64,000 bases of DNA from Galbitalea sp. (GCA_036271795.1 DATAZY010000096.1:46610-110609); one strand, 5' to 3'. Shown: positions 1 through 8,743, numbered from the stretch's first letter. Numbers and translations: made by a program. The notes: a model not told the origin generated them from the letters alone.

Positions 1-141
1 CGAGTCCTCCATGACAAGTTCATTCCGTTCCCGGCGAGCGGGCAGCAACCGCTCTTCCGTGAACGATTCATGGCTGCGTGCCGACGCCTCTGACCCCAAG
101 GAAGGCAAGAGGCCAGCGCCGCCTACGGCAAGTAACGGGGG

Positions 142-1401
142 CTATTCGCCCTCGTCGGCGCCGGTATCCGTGCTGGAGGATCGGCGGAGTGGCAGGTGCT
201 GCACCACGTCGCCCGCGAACTTGGTAGCTGCGGACGTAGCGCGCTCAAAGGTCTCGCTCCCAAGGCGCGCGACAGACCCGACACCGTTTGCGCCCGTCTT
301 GATCGCCTTGTCCCGAGTCTCGACCGCCGCATCTCGCCAACGCCGCGCTTCCAGCGAGTGCTGCTCGTCCTCGATCCCGAGCCGAACGTGGAACTTCAGC
401 ACGTCGTCAGCCGCATGGCTGCTGGCGCGCACAACTGCTGACGCCTTCATGGGGTGCAGGAGCACGTTCTCGTTGGCGGTGCCAGCCGCCGCATCGATCC
501 GAGTAAGCAGTACCCGAGTGCTCTTGGTAATGAACTCCAGGCGCTTTTGCCGGGCTGCATGCAGTGCCATCCGGTGCCGGTCGAGTTCCTCGGGCGAAGC
601 ATCAAGGACGCGGTCCAACTCAAGTACAGCGAGGCCGTCCTGCAGGCGGAAGCAATGCGCCAGGACCGCGAGCCAGTCCACCACTTTGGCTTCGGCTTCG
701 CGTGATGCGTCCGCGAGGTTCCCGACCTTTGTCTGCTTCTCTAACTTCTCCGCGATTGCGTCCAGCTGCAGCAATGCATAAGCCTGTGTCTTGGCGATCG
801 TGAGCGCCGTGCCCTGCACTTTCGACCAAGTCACCTCGGAGACTCGTCCGACATGTTCGCGAACGATCATGGCCTCGTCGAGGACCGAATCCACCCCGAT
901 CATGTCGGCAAGCACCGCGTTCTTCTGGGCGCGTAGGACATCGTCGACTTTCGCGTCGATCACAGCCAGGTAGTCGAGGATCTCGTCCATGGTTTGCTGC
1001 ATGGCGAGCTGCGCCATGATCCCTGCAGCGCCAGCCAGCATTGCTGGGTTGGTCAGTATGGACCCCGGCGTCTTAACGATCTCCAAGATCCCCTTGACCT
1101 TGCCGCCATTCTCGGTGAGCACTGCACGACTGACGCCGGGACTCGACCCCTTCATGAGCGTTGACTGCTTGAGCGCAGCCGCCGACTGCTCAGTCAGCTT
1201 CACCCAGCGACCGGAGTTGGCCGCCACCTCTGAACCGGCCTGGGCCATTCCAGACGCCGCGCCAAGCTTCGAACCGAGCCGTTGTAAGCCGAGTTCTCGC
1301 GACTGCAACCCTTCGGAGGCAAGGAACCGCTCGATCGCAGCCGGGTCCCCGAAAATCGCGATGCCATCGCCATCGCTGATCAGCTCGAGTTCGCTCGGCA
1401 C
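142..1401 (-). CDS. hypothetical, mostly alpha-helical protein (about 420 aa), no family recognised
   Basis: Long ORF 142..1422. The first codon is TTG. An in-frame GTG at 1401 follows GGAG with 6-nt spacing, so the start is 1401 or 1422. No nameable motif. Confidence 0.55.
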   Translation of the reverse strand: MPSELELISDGDGIAIFGDPAAIERFLASEGLQSRELGLQRLGSKLGAASGMAQAGSEVAANSGRWVKLTEQSAAALKQSTLMKGSSPGVSRAVLTENGGKVKGILEIVKTPGSILTNPAMLAGAAGIMAQLAMQQTMDEILDYLAVIDAKVDDVLRAQKNAVLADMIGVDSVLDEAMIVREHVGRVSEVTWSKVQGTALTIAKTQAYALLQLDAIAEKLEKQTKVGNLADASREAEAKVVDWLAVLAHCFRLQDGLAVLELDRVLDASPEELDRHRMALHAARQKRLEFITKSTRVLLTRIDAAAGTANENVLLHPMKASAVVRASSHAADDVLKFHVRLGIEDEQHSLEARRWRDAAVETRDKAIKTGANGVGSVARLGSETFERATSAATKFAGDVVQHLPLRRSSSTDTGADEGE

Positions 1402-1537
1402 AAGCAGCTCCAAAGTCAACAAACGGGCCTGACTTGGCCCTGCTCGAAACTGTATCGGACCACTCCGACAGCGGTTGCGGCCCCTGCGTCGCCGCTAGTC
1501 TCACGGCAAGCCGAGATCGGAGAAGACACTTCGCCCC

Positions 1538-1909
1538 TTAGGAAGCGCGCCGTCGGCGCAGCAGGGTCGCAGCCGCAACCACGACGAGAAGGGCGATACC
1601 ACCAACAATCCACTGCGCTTGGGTCGACGCGGCGACGCGAGCGACCACCGGACCAATGACGGGGATCGCCGAACCCCATGCAGTGTTTGGATCACCAGGC
1701 GAGCCGGTTTTCCCGTCGCCTGGCGTCGTCAATCCTGCTCCCGGTCCCGCCTGATTCTCAACGGAATAGGCATCTGCGCCATACGTCCCGGAGTCATAGT
1801 CCGCGAACACTCCGACCGGCGTGGTCAGCACCAACGCAACCGCCATAAGAAACGAACCGATCCCGAAGGCGAGTCTGCGTGTTCGTAATGTGGGCGCGAT
1901 CGATGACAT
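1538..1909 (-). CDS. small secreted or membrane-anchored protein
   Basis: ATG at 1909 gives MSSIAPTLRTRRLAFGIGSFLMAVALVL (signal-peptide-like). The C-terminus is a hydrophobic helix plus an RRRRAS tail. No LPXTG or LAXTG motif seen. Confidence 0.5.
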   Translation of the reverse strand: MSSIAPTLRTRRLAFGIGSFLMAVALVLTTPVGVFADYDSGTYGADAYSVENQAGPGAGLTTPGDGKTGSPGDPNTAWGSAIPVIGPVVARVAASTQAQWIVGGIALLVVVAAATLLRRRRAS

Positions 1910-1987
1910 CGTGATTCTCTTGCCGTCCGGGGATAAGTGATTTATACTCACTATCATACCACGTAAGCGATGGGCACGAGGGGGTGA

Positions 1988-2407
1988 ATGGCGCGACTAC
2001 CAGTTCCGGGACAAGACAAGGGCACGTGGGGTGACATCCTCAACGAGTACCTGTCCCAGAGCCATGACGCTGACGGCTCGATCAAGCCAGGCGCCATCGG
2101 TTCGAGTCAGCTTCAAGATGGCACTGTCGAGGCTTCGAAGATCCCCGATGGCGAGATCCCGCTACAAAAGCTCTCATCGGTAGGCGTCGCTCGCGGGCTC
2201 GCCGAGATCGATTCCGATGGCGATGTCATCAATGCTGATGGCGAGAAGCTCATTTCCGCTACGTCATCAAATGCCACTTTCGTCACTTACCTCAAGCACG
2301 ACGGAACGCCACTCGAAGGCACGAAGGTAGTGGTCATCACGCTCACCGAGGACGAGGCGGACATTGACAACGTCGCGGTCTACGACAGCATTGGAGACGT
2401 GGGCTGA
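1988..2407 (+). CDS. tail-fibre-like protein (N-terminal LPVPG..TWGDILN motif)
   Basis: GAGGGGG SD precedes the ATG. The N-terminus ARLPVPGQDKGTWGDILNEYL matches, from memory, the start of many actinophage or prophage tail-fibre and depolymerase proteins. No signal peptide. Its stop overlaps the next start (ATGA at 2404-2407). Confidence 0.6.
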   Translation: MARLPVPGQDKGTWGDILNEYLSQSHDADGSIKPGAIGSSQLQDGTVEASKIPDGEIPLQKLSSVGVARGLAEIDSDGDVINADGEKLISATSSNATFVTYLKHDGTPLEGTKVVVITLTEDEADIDNVAVYDSIGDVG

Positions 2408-4470
2408 TGGCATACATGCGCGATGTTGATGGCGTACGCCTTGATGGCATTCAAATCGCCCCGAAGCTGCCGCTATATGCGAAGGACTTCGGCTTCGGCG
2501 CGAGTGGAGCTTCCGCTTCAGCGAACACGTCGGCGCTAAACTCGGCGATCGCTGCTGCCATGGCTGCAGGGCGGGATCTGCTCTTGCCGCACGTCGGCGC
2601 GTTCGGCACCGCGCTCGACATCAACGACGCGATCACCGTCAGTGGTGCAGGTTTCATCCACATCTACGGGGAGGGTGGCCGGTCGGTGAAGATCCACCAG
2701 ACCGTGAAGCCGAAGACGATCTTCTACGTGACCGCTCCGGGAGTGCGAATCTCCGGCGTTGCGCTCTATGGGGACGGCATCGACATGACCGGCATGGGCA
2801 CGCCCGTGGCCTACGCCGCTTATTGCGGAATCTGGTTCGGCCCTGGTTCAGATGGCGGTAGCTATAACGACATCTACGCGGAGGGTCTGCACCGCGGTGT
2901 CCGTGTCGACCCCGACCCAACGACCGCAACCAGTTCCACTCCGAACCTGAACAACATCACCGGGACAGAACTGACAGGTAAAGATTGCTGGACGATCCTC
3001 ACCGTGGTGCAGGCAGACAACTCGATCTTCCGCGGTATCTACGGCAACTCTAAGAAGGCCACAGCCACAGACGGCACGGACGTAGGTCAGCCTGATCACG
3101 GCGTGTATGTCATCGATCGCACGGGCGACGGGCGCGGGATGCACAACACCTCAATCCAGAATGGCCACATTACGAGTACCGAGATCGGCAAGGCGTACGC
3201 CATCAAGGGAATCACAGGCGGTTCCTCCAGCCACCTGCACGCGGACTCCTGCCACGGGGTACTCGATATCATCGCGACGACGGACTACGACTACTACGAC
3301 ATCCTCTCGACCAACGACACTTACCCGGATTCGGGCGTCGAGTCGTCGTACGCGAGCTTGTCATTCGATACCACTCCGGTGCGCACCCGAGTGATCGGGG
3401 CCAACATCCAATTCGCCCATGCTGACCACGGTGAGGCGATCCTGCTGGACGGTACCAATAACCAGGTGATCATGGCCGCAACGACGGGCAACCGGGTCAC
3501 GGAGGTCACGTCGAACGCTGGGCCGGTGCTATTCAAGGTGAAAGGGCAGAAAAACCGTCTCGAGCACCCGGTCGCAACATCGGTTGGCGCGAACATGTGG
3601 GCTGCGATCCATACCTCTGACACCGGCCAATACGGGAAGGTCATCAACCCGCGCACGATCGGTAACTTCAAGCTCGGTGTCGTCGCCTACGGCATGCACG
3701 ACACCGTCATTGATTATGACCCGGCGTTGGTGGAAACCAACGGGAAGCTGAACGGCGCGACGGACCTCGGCACCAACGCGAAGGCGATCGCCGCGCTCGG
3801 CACGACGTTGCGCCCGAAGATTCGCCCACGGGACCGGCAGGCGCCCAATGGACCTGAGTACTTCTTCTTCGAGCGCGGCACTGACGCGGCCCTGTCCGGG
3901 CACGCTGGGCGCGCAACTTCGGGGCAGGCCGCAACCCTGCAGACAGCGACCTTCACAACCGACCTGACGAACGCGTACGGCCGGATCATGAATAGCAGCA
4001 CTTCCACGACCACGCCGGGCGTGATGCTGTTCTCCACCCAGCGGGAGCTCGCGGATGCCGCCATATCGGACTTCTCACTTGAGATGGAACTGGTCTACAA
4101 CGCGACCAACCCCAACGCCCTCGTCGGTCTCGCATTCTCCGGGGCCGACGCCAGCAACCTGCTCAGCCTGTGTTTCACCGGCACCGGAGCAGCAACGCCA
4201 CAACTCCAGCTTTTCAAGGTCGACACGGGCACCATCACCGTCCTCGGATCACCTACCGTCATGACGCCGGTTGCGGGCACCCGGTATGCGTTGAAGGTCG
4301 TGAAGGTTGGCAACATGATCAAGTGCTTCCTGGACGGAACGCTAGTGCAGACCTACACCCTCACAGGGGGCGACATTACGAAGTACGCCACCCAGACCAC
4401 GGTCGGCTACTACTGCATGCTCTCGACCAACACCCGTTTCTGCGATGTCACAGGTAAGCGCGTCGCCTGA
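2407..4470 (+). CDS. right-handed beta-helix (pectate-lyase-3 / tailspike-like) protein with C-terminal LamG/ConA-like domain
   Basis: N-terminus AKDFGFGASGAS..NTSALNSAIAAAMAAGRDLLLP resembles the Pectate_lyase_3 signature (dfGA.gDG..d.t.Aiq.Ai). The centre is long and Gly/Thr/Asn-rich. The C-terminal 160 aa look like a jelly-roll. No signal peptide. Confidence 0.65.
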   Translation: MAYMRDVDGVRLDGIQIAPKLPLYAKDFGFGASGASASANTSALNSAIAAAMAAGRDLLLPHVGAFGTALDINDAITVSGAGFIHIYGEGGRSVKIHQTVKPKTIFYVTAPGVRISGVALYGDGIDMTGMGTPVAYAAYCGIWFGPGSDGGSYNDIYAEGLHRGVRVDPDPTTATSSTPNLNNITGTELTGKDCWTILTVVQADNSIFRGIYGNSKKATATDGTDVGQPDHGVYVIDRTGDGRGMHNTSIQNGHITSTEIGKAYAIKGITGGSSSHLHADSCHGVLDIIATTDYDYYDILSTNDTYPDSGVESSYASLSFDTTPVRTRVIGANIQFAHADHGEAILLDGTNNQVIMAATTGNRVTEVTSNAGPVLFKVKGQKNRLEHPVATSVGANMWAAIHTSDTGQYGKVINPRTIGNFKLGVVAYGMHDTVIDYDPALVETNGKLNGATDLGTNAKAIAALGTTLRPKIRPRDRQAPNGPEYFFFERGTDAALSGHAGRATSGQAATLQTATFTTDLTNAYGRIMNSSTSTTTPGVMLFSTQRELADAAISDFSLEMELVYNATNPNALVGLAFSGADASNLLSLCFTGTGAATPQLQLFKVDTGTITVLGSPTVMTPVAGTRYALKVVKVGNMIKCFLDGTLVQTYTLTGGDITKYATQTTVGYYCMLSTNTRFCDVTGKRVA

Positions 4471-4513
4471 AGCAACTCAAGACCGGCTAGGTAACCAATG
4501 TGAAAGGAGACTT

Positions 4514-4708
4514 ATGACCACAAGAGAACGAATCAACGAATTACTAGCAATACCTATGGATCGAGCGGGCTTCCTAAGGCTCTCGGCCGGACTCATCATC
4601 GCCGCGATTGGCCTGACACGCTTCCTGGCTCTGTTGAACAAGACAAAAGAGCATTCGTCTCACGACGACTCGATGGCAGGCTACGGCGGGACTTCGTATG
4701 GGGAGTAG
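4514..4708 (+). CDS. 64-aa single-pass membrane microprotein with Tat-signal-like N-terminus
   Basis: AAGGAG SD at 4504-4509 and ATG at 4514. MDRAGFLRLSAGLIIAAIGL resembles S/T-R-R-x-F-L-K followed by an h-region, but has only one Arg at the twin-Arg position. Short polar tail. Confidence 0.45.
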   Translation: MTTRERINELLAIPMDRAGFLRLSAGLIIAAIGLTRFLALLNKTKEHSSHDDSMAGYGGTSYGE

Positions 4709-4776
4709 ACGACGAAGCTGAGGCTGGCCCTAGAGCTTGACTGAAAAACGCTCATGCTTCATACTCCGACGCAGGA

Positions 4777-5820
4777 ATGTGGGTAGCACTACGACCACAC
4801 CAATTTCGACCTCGTCGTCGGCCATCTGACCGCAGCTCTTCGGGAGGCCGCAACGGTTTCACGATCGTGGAGCTCCTCATCGTGATCGTGGTCATTGGCA
4901 TCTTGGCGGCGATCGTCATCGTCGCCTACAACGGCATCCAGCAATCCGCCAGGTCGGCAGTCGCCAAGTCGTCCGCCAGTCAAGCCGCCGCGGCGCTCTC
5001 CACCTACAGCGTTCAGAATTCCGATACGTATCCGACGACCTTGGCCATCGCCGGCATCGTTGACTCCGGCGGCACCACCTACCAATACAGCGTCAACAAC
5101 TCGACCAGCCCCGCGAGCTACTGCGTAACGGCCACCGTCGACTCGACGAGCTTCTACGTCTCGAGCACCAACAACGTCCCGACTACTGGAGCGTGCACCG
5201 GCCAAAGCAACGGTGGCCAGGCGGCAATCACCAACCTGGCGCTCAATCCGAGTTTCACGGTCAAGACGAGTCCGTGGCTCACCAACGCCGGAACCGGGGG
5301 GACCGTTTCGGGTAGTCGGCCGCAGACGGGCGGGATCGTGGATGGCGGTCCATTTACCCGGATCACCTGGTCGGTCCTTCCGACGAGTTCCAATGGGTAC
5401 ATCACGGAAGGGAGCGGCTCAGTACTGGCAACGACCGCCGTAACTCCCGGCGTGACATACACGATCTCCGGGTACGTCAAAACGTCGTGGGCGGCACAGG
5501 TCTACGTGAACACAACGTCCTACACCTCTGGCTTGGGCACGGTGGCGGGCTTCGCGGGACCAACAGTCACCTTGGCGTCCGGCTCATGGACGCGGCTCTC
5601 GCTGACGTTCACCGCACCGGCCACAGCAGCCGTAACGACACTCCGGTTCTCCCTCGTGACGGGCGGCCCCTTGCCGCCATCGGTTGGCAGCACCTTCGAT
5701 GTTGATGAGGTCATGGCGACCCAAGGCTCGACCCTTTACAACTACGCGGACGGCGACAGCCCGAGCTGGTCTTGGACGGGAACACCGAGCGCCTCCACCT
5801 CGACGGGATACGCGCTATGA
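4777..5820 (+). CDS. prepilin-type N-terminal cleavage/methylation domain protein fused to a CBM4_9-like carbohydrate-binding domain
   Basis: G|FTIVELLIVIVVIGILAAIVIVAYNG is a canonical class III (type IV pilin) signal with Glu at +5. The leader is unusually long (27 aa). The C-terminal ITNLALNPSF...W...G..YTISGYVK...WTRLSLTFTAP pattern resembles CBM_4_9. Confidence 0.75.
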   Translation: MWVALRPHQFRPRRRPSDRSSSGGRNGFTIVELLIVIVVIGILAAIVIVAYNGIQQSARSAVAKSSASQAAAALSTYSVQNSDTYPTTLAIAGIVDSGGTTYQYSVNNSTSPASYCVTATVDSTSFYVSSTNNVPTTGACTGQSNGGQAAITNLALNPSFTVKTSPWLTNAGTGGTVSGSRPQTGGIVDGGPFTRITWSVLPTSSNGYITEGSGSVLATTAVTPGVTYTISGYVKTSWAAQVYVNTTSYTSGLGTVAGFAGPTVTLASGSWTRLSLTFTAPATAAVTTLRFSLVTGGPLPPSVGSTFDVDEVMATQGSTLYNYADGDSPSWSWTGTPSASTSTGYAL

Positions 5821-5908
5821 GCCTGGCACGCACTATCGCCGCAGGAACCCATCTCCACCACCGGTAGCACTTGCAGACGGCAAGTAGTCCAGTCTCCAAG
5901 TGAAATCA

Positions 5909-5967
5909 GCGGCAGCCAGCCGAGGCGAGAACTCGTAGTTCTCTAACCTCGGCAGACTGCCGCTTTT
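5909..5967. terminator. long hairpin plus T-tract between convergent genes
   Basis: GCGGCAG (5909-5915) pairs with CTGCCGC (5957-5963). Inner pairs are CCGAGG/CCTCGG and GAGAAC/GTTCTC. TTTT follows at 5964-5967. Confidence 0.6.
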
Positions 5968-5972
5968 GCGTG

Positions 5973-6527
5973 CTACTCGTCGTCTAACTGGGCGATGCCC
6001 CAAAGTTCCCGGTCGGTCTCTCTCGCCTGTAGGTCAAGAAACTGCTCCTCCGTGAGGACGCGCACAGCTCTGGCGCCGGTCGCCCGGTCGGATAGCTCCA
6101 TCGCCCAGATGACTGCTTGGAAGTAGTCATCGTAGACGAAGGGATGCATCATCCAGCGTGGCGAGTCCTCGTAGAGGGTGAGCACCACGTGGGCCGTCCT
6201 CTCCATGAGCAGCTTGAACGTCGATTCCGGCACGTCGGTGGTGTCGCCGTTCTCGTCGGGAAGCCCGACCAAGACGGCGTCGCCAACCAGTAGCGACTGC
6301 TGCCGAACGTGCGGGAGTTCGTACCACCAGAGAAACGTCGCTCTTGCATTGAACGGAAGCTCCCGGAGGAGTCCTTCTTCGTTGACATAGAGCGTGCTTC
6401 TGATCGGGACGATGTCCACCGCTTCGATCCATCCGCCGACTGCCGATTGGTAGTCCTCGAGTGAATCAAAGCTGCGGACTTCGATGGGTCGATCGAGATC
6501 GACCGGGATGAATAGTCCTTGGACCAT
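5973..6527 (-). CDS. DUF3846-like protein
   Basis: AAGGAGG SD precedes the ATG at 6527. MVQGLFIPVDLDRPIEVRSFDSLEDYQSAVGGWIEAVDI...LYVNEEGLL..LPFN matches my recollection of the DUF3846 N-terminal pattern. The track ORF start at 6656 is rejected. Confidence 0.6.
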   Translation of the reverse strand: MVQGLFIPVDLDRPIEVRSFDSLEDYQSAVGGWIEAVDIVPIRSTLYVNEEGLLRELPFNARATFLWWYELPHVRQQSLLVGDAVLVGLPDENGDTTDVPESTFKLLMERTAHVVLTLYEDSPRWMMHPFVYDDYFQAVIWAMELSDRATGARAVRVLTEEQFLDLQARETDRELWGIAQLDDE

Positions 6528-6687
6528 TGCTTCCTCCTTGGTGCGAGCGACCGGCAACCCGGATGGGTTTCCTGATAAGTCGCATGGCACCAACGAGGTG
6601 GTGCCCCACTCGATGTGGACGAGTGAGCGCAGCAACCGTCCCGAGGGAGAGCGCAAAGCTCTCTGGACCTCGGGGCGGCTGCCGCTG

Positions 6688-7017
6688 TCAGGCGTCTGCC
6701 TGTTTGGTCCGCGGACCGCTCTTGGCCGGAGCGGTCTCCGCGGAGCCGCCGAAGATCGCCGCGATGGCGTTGCGCTTTGTCTCTGCCTCGCGTTCGATCT
6801 CGGCTCGAACCGACTCGGCTCGCTGGAGCGTTCTCGGGTCGGACTTGGTGGTCTCGACCCAGCCCTCCAGGGCGACTCGGATCTCTTCGGTGACGCTGCG
6901 ATCGTTCAACTGGGCAATTACATCCAGCTGAGCACGCAGGTCATCGGTGATGCGGACTGCCAGGGTTCGCATCGGGCTTGCCGACGCATAGCCGCCGGCG
7001 TTTGTGACGTCACTCAT
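6688..7017 (-). CDS. ribbon-helix-helix (CopG/Arc-like) DNA-binding protein
   Basis: RTLAVRITDDLRAQLDVIAQLNDRSVTEEIRVALEGWV fits a beta-strand, helix, helix RHH layout. ATG at 7017, with GTG at 7026 also possible. The C-terminal tail is charged. Confidence 0.6.
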   Translation of the reverse strand: MSDVTNAGGYASASPMRTLAVRITDDLRAQLDVIAQLNDRSVTEEIRVALEGWVETTKSDPRTLQRAESVRAEIEREAETKRNAIAAIFGGSAETAPAKSGPRTKQADA

Positions 7018-7269
7018 GTGCGTCACGCTCCTCTCTCGTCGCGACCGACGATCCCTGGTTGGGATCCTCTAGGCCGCTTTCGGGAGAGGAGTGAAAACGG
7101 ATTATGAACTATTGGTACGGAATGTCAACAGGATTTTGAGCAAGTTGTAAAAACCACAACAACGCCGCCTCTGTTAGCACAAGCGCTACATGTGGTGTCC
7201 AACGTGAGCGGTACGACACAAGGTACGACGCTCGAAAAGCCCTCATTGGTGCTTTGGCGTCGCGTGCAC

Positions 7270-8583
7270 TTATGCCTCTGAGCCGGGACTTTCGGTCTTG
7301 CGGCCGGGCTGTTCAGGCAAGTCGTCCGAGCCATCCCATTCGGTTGACTCAAGGAATCTATGCATGGTCATAGCAGACCAAAGAGCCCGCTGCGAGAAGG
7401 CTTCAAGGTCGTCGTCAGTAGCCTGCGTAACCGACAAGGGACCAGCCGTCCAGTCGACACCGTTAGACACTATGAACAGATCGAGGACACGGGTCCTGCT
7501 TTGCATAGCTTGAACGGACGCGAAGTGGCTAAGCCCCACCTCAGCGAGCGCGAGAAGAAGGTCACGAATCCCCATTACCTCGAGCGGCGCGAGCGCACGG
7601 CCTTTCGCGAACTCCAAGAGGGAATCCTTATCTGCGATGTGCGACGTCATCGCGTGATTCCACTCCGCAAGATCGCGACTTAGATCCGAATCTGTCTTTA
7701 GCCGAGCCAGGTAGTCCGCGCGGGTACCGAACGGTCCGCTGACAGAAACCAGAAGCTGCCCCGCCGATACGACGCCCGCTGCAATGATGTCATCTCCGCC
7801 ATTCGCCCAAGGAGTGAAGCTGACGGGGACGAAGTGCTCGAATCCAAGCGCTGGATGCTCAAGGTGTTCCAGTCCGTATTCGCGCAGGAAGCGGCGACCG
7901 CTCGACCGCCGTTGTAGGTCCCAAATGAGTTCGCCGATGCGGAGGTACTCGTAGAACGAGTAGCGAGCAGGGTTCTTTGGCTCGGAAAGTCGTTCTCCCC
8001 ACAAGGCGAACTCCTTGGGGTCGTCGACGCTTGCTCGCGATGCCGAGACTACGGCGAGGCGAAAAGCCAGCATGTAGCAAGCCAGCTCCTGAGCATGCCA
8101 AATCAGTGCAGAGAGAATCTCTGAGGTCTCGGCATCGAAGGGATCTTGAGTTCCCTCAGCAGGAGCGGTGGTGGGGTCAAAGTCTGCGAAATCTGCGACG
8201 AGATGTTCTGCCAAGCGACGAACCACCCCGGGTCGTCTCTTGTTGAAGCTGTCCTGCGTAAGTCGCCCCTTTCCGCCGTCGTAAATCACTTCGACTCGCT
8301 CTGCGATGTTCTTGTCCCGCGGATGATGCTCAGTCGCCAGCATGACCTGGGCAGTCAGACGATCTTCAAGCGGCTGCAACTCCTGAATGTACGAGCTCAG
8401 CGCAGTGCTAACTCTTTGAGCCAGACGTCGTCGCCCGGTCGAAGGTTGATTCATGTCGGGGCCACCCAAGAGCACGAGGAGGGCCGGGTCCGCGACGAGA
8501 TGGCCGACCTCGATCCCGCCCATCACTCGCCCGACGTTCCCGAGTGCCTTGGCCACGGCATCGACGGATGGTTTCTCCTTCAC
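7270..8583 (-). CDS. hypothetical 437-aa protein, no family recognised
   Basis: Long ORF with a GTG start and no convincing SD. Same strand as the RHH and DUF3846-like genes and upstream of them. Confidence 0.55.
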   Translation of the reverse strand: MKEKPSVDAVAKALGNVGRVMGGIEVGHLVADPALLVLLGGPDMNQPSTGRRRLAQRVSTALSSYIQELQPLEDRLTAQVMLATEHHPRDKNIAERVEVIYDGGKGRLTQDSFNKRRPGVVRRLAEHLVADFADFDPTTAPAEGTQDPFDAETSEILSALIWHAQELACYMLAFRLAVVSASRASVDDPKEFALWGERLSEPKNPARYSFYEYLRIGELIWDLQRRSSGRRFLREYGLEHLEHPALGFEHFVPVSFTPWANGGDDIIAAGVVSAGQLLVSVSGPFGTRADYLARLKTDSDLSRDLAEWNHAMTSHIADKDSLLEFAKGRALAPLEVMGIRDLLLALAEVGLSHFASVQAMQSRTRVLDLFIVSNGVDWTAGPLSVTQATDDDLEAFSQRALWSAMTMHRFLESTEWDGSDDLPEQPGRKTESPGSEA

Positions 8584-8743
8584 GACTCCATTCTCGCGGA
8601 CACAGACCGCTTCCGGTCCTCAGCGAAAACGCGGCTAAAAACGAGCGAATCCGCGACCAACAGGTATCTCAAGCTCCCGACAGAAAGTGGATTCGTCGAC
8701 AGCAGAAGCCGTCGACTTCCCTCTCTCGGAAGTGAGTAAAAGC

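Noticed and set aside
11-781. 256-aa plus-strand ORF, plus many similar long ORFs antisense to or overlapping real genes (for example 9820-10470, 12831-13691, 18044-18811, 30545-31630, 34034-34951, 44529-45644, 58090-58560)
   Set aside because: These are Arg/Pro/Ser/Ala-rich translations typical of off-frame reading in high-GC DNA. Each is fully overlapped by a gene with recognisable motifs on the other strand or frame.
1988-4470. Calling this a prophage
   Set aside because: No capsid, portal, terminase, tape-measure or lysin genes are in the window. Only tail-fibre and tailspike-like proteins are present.
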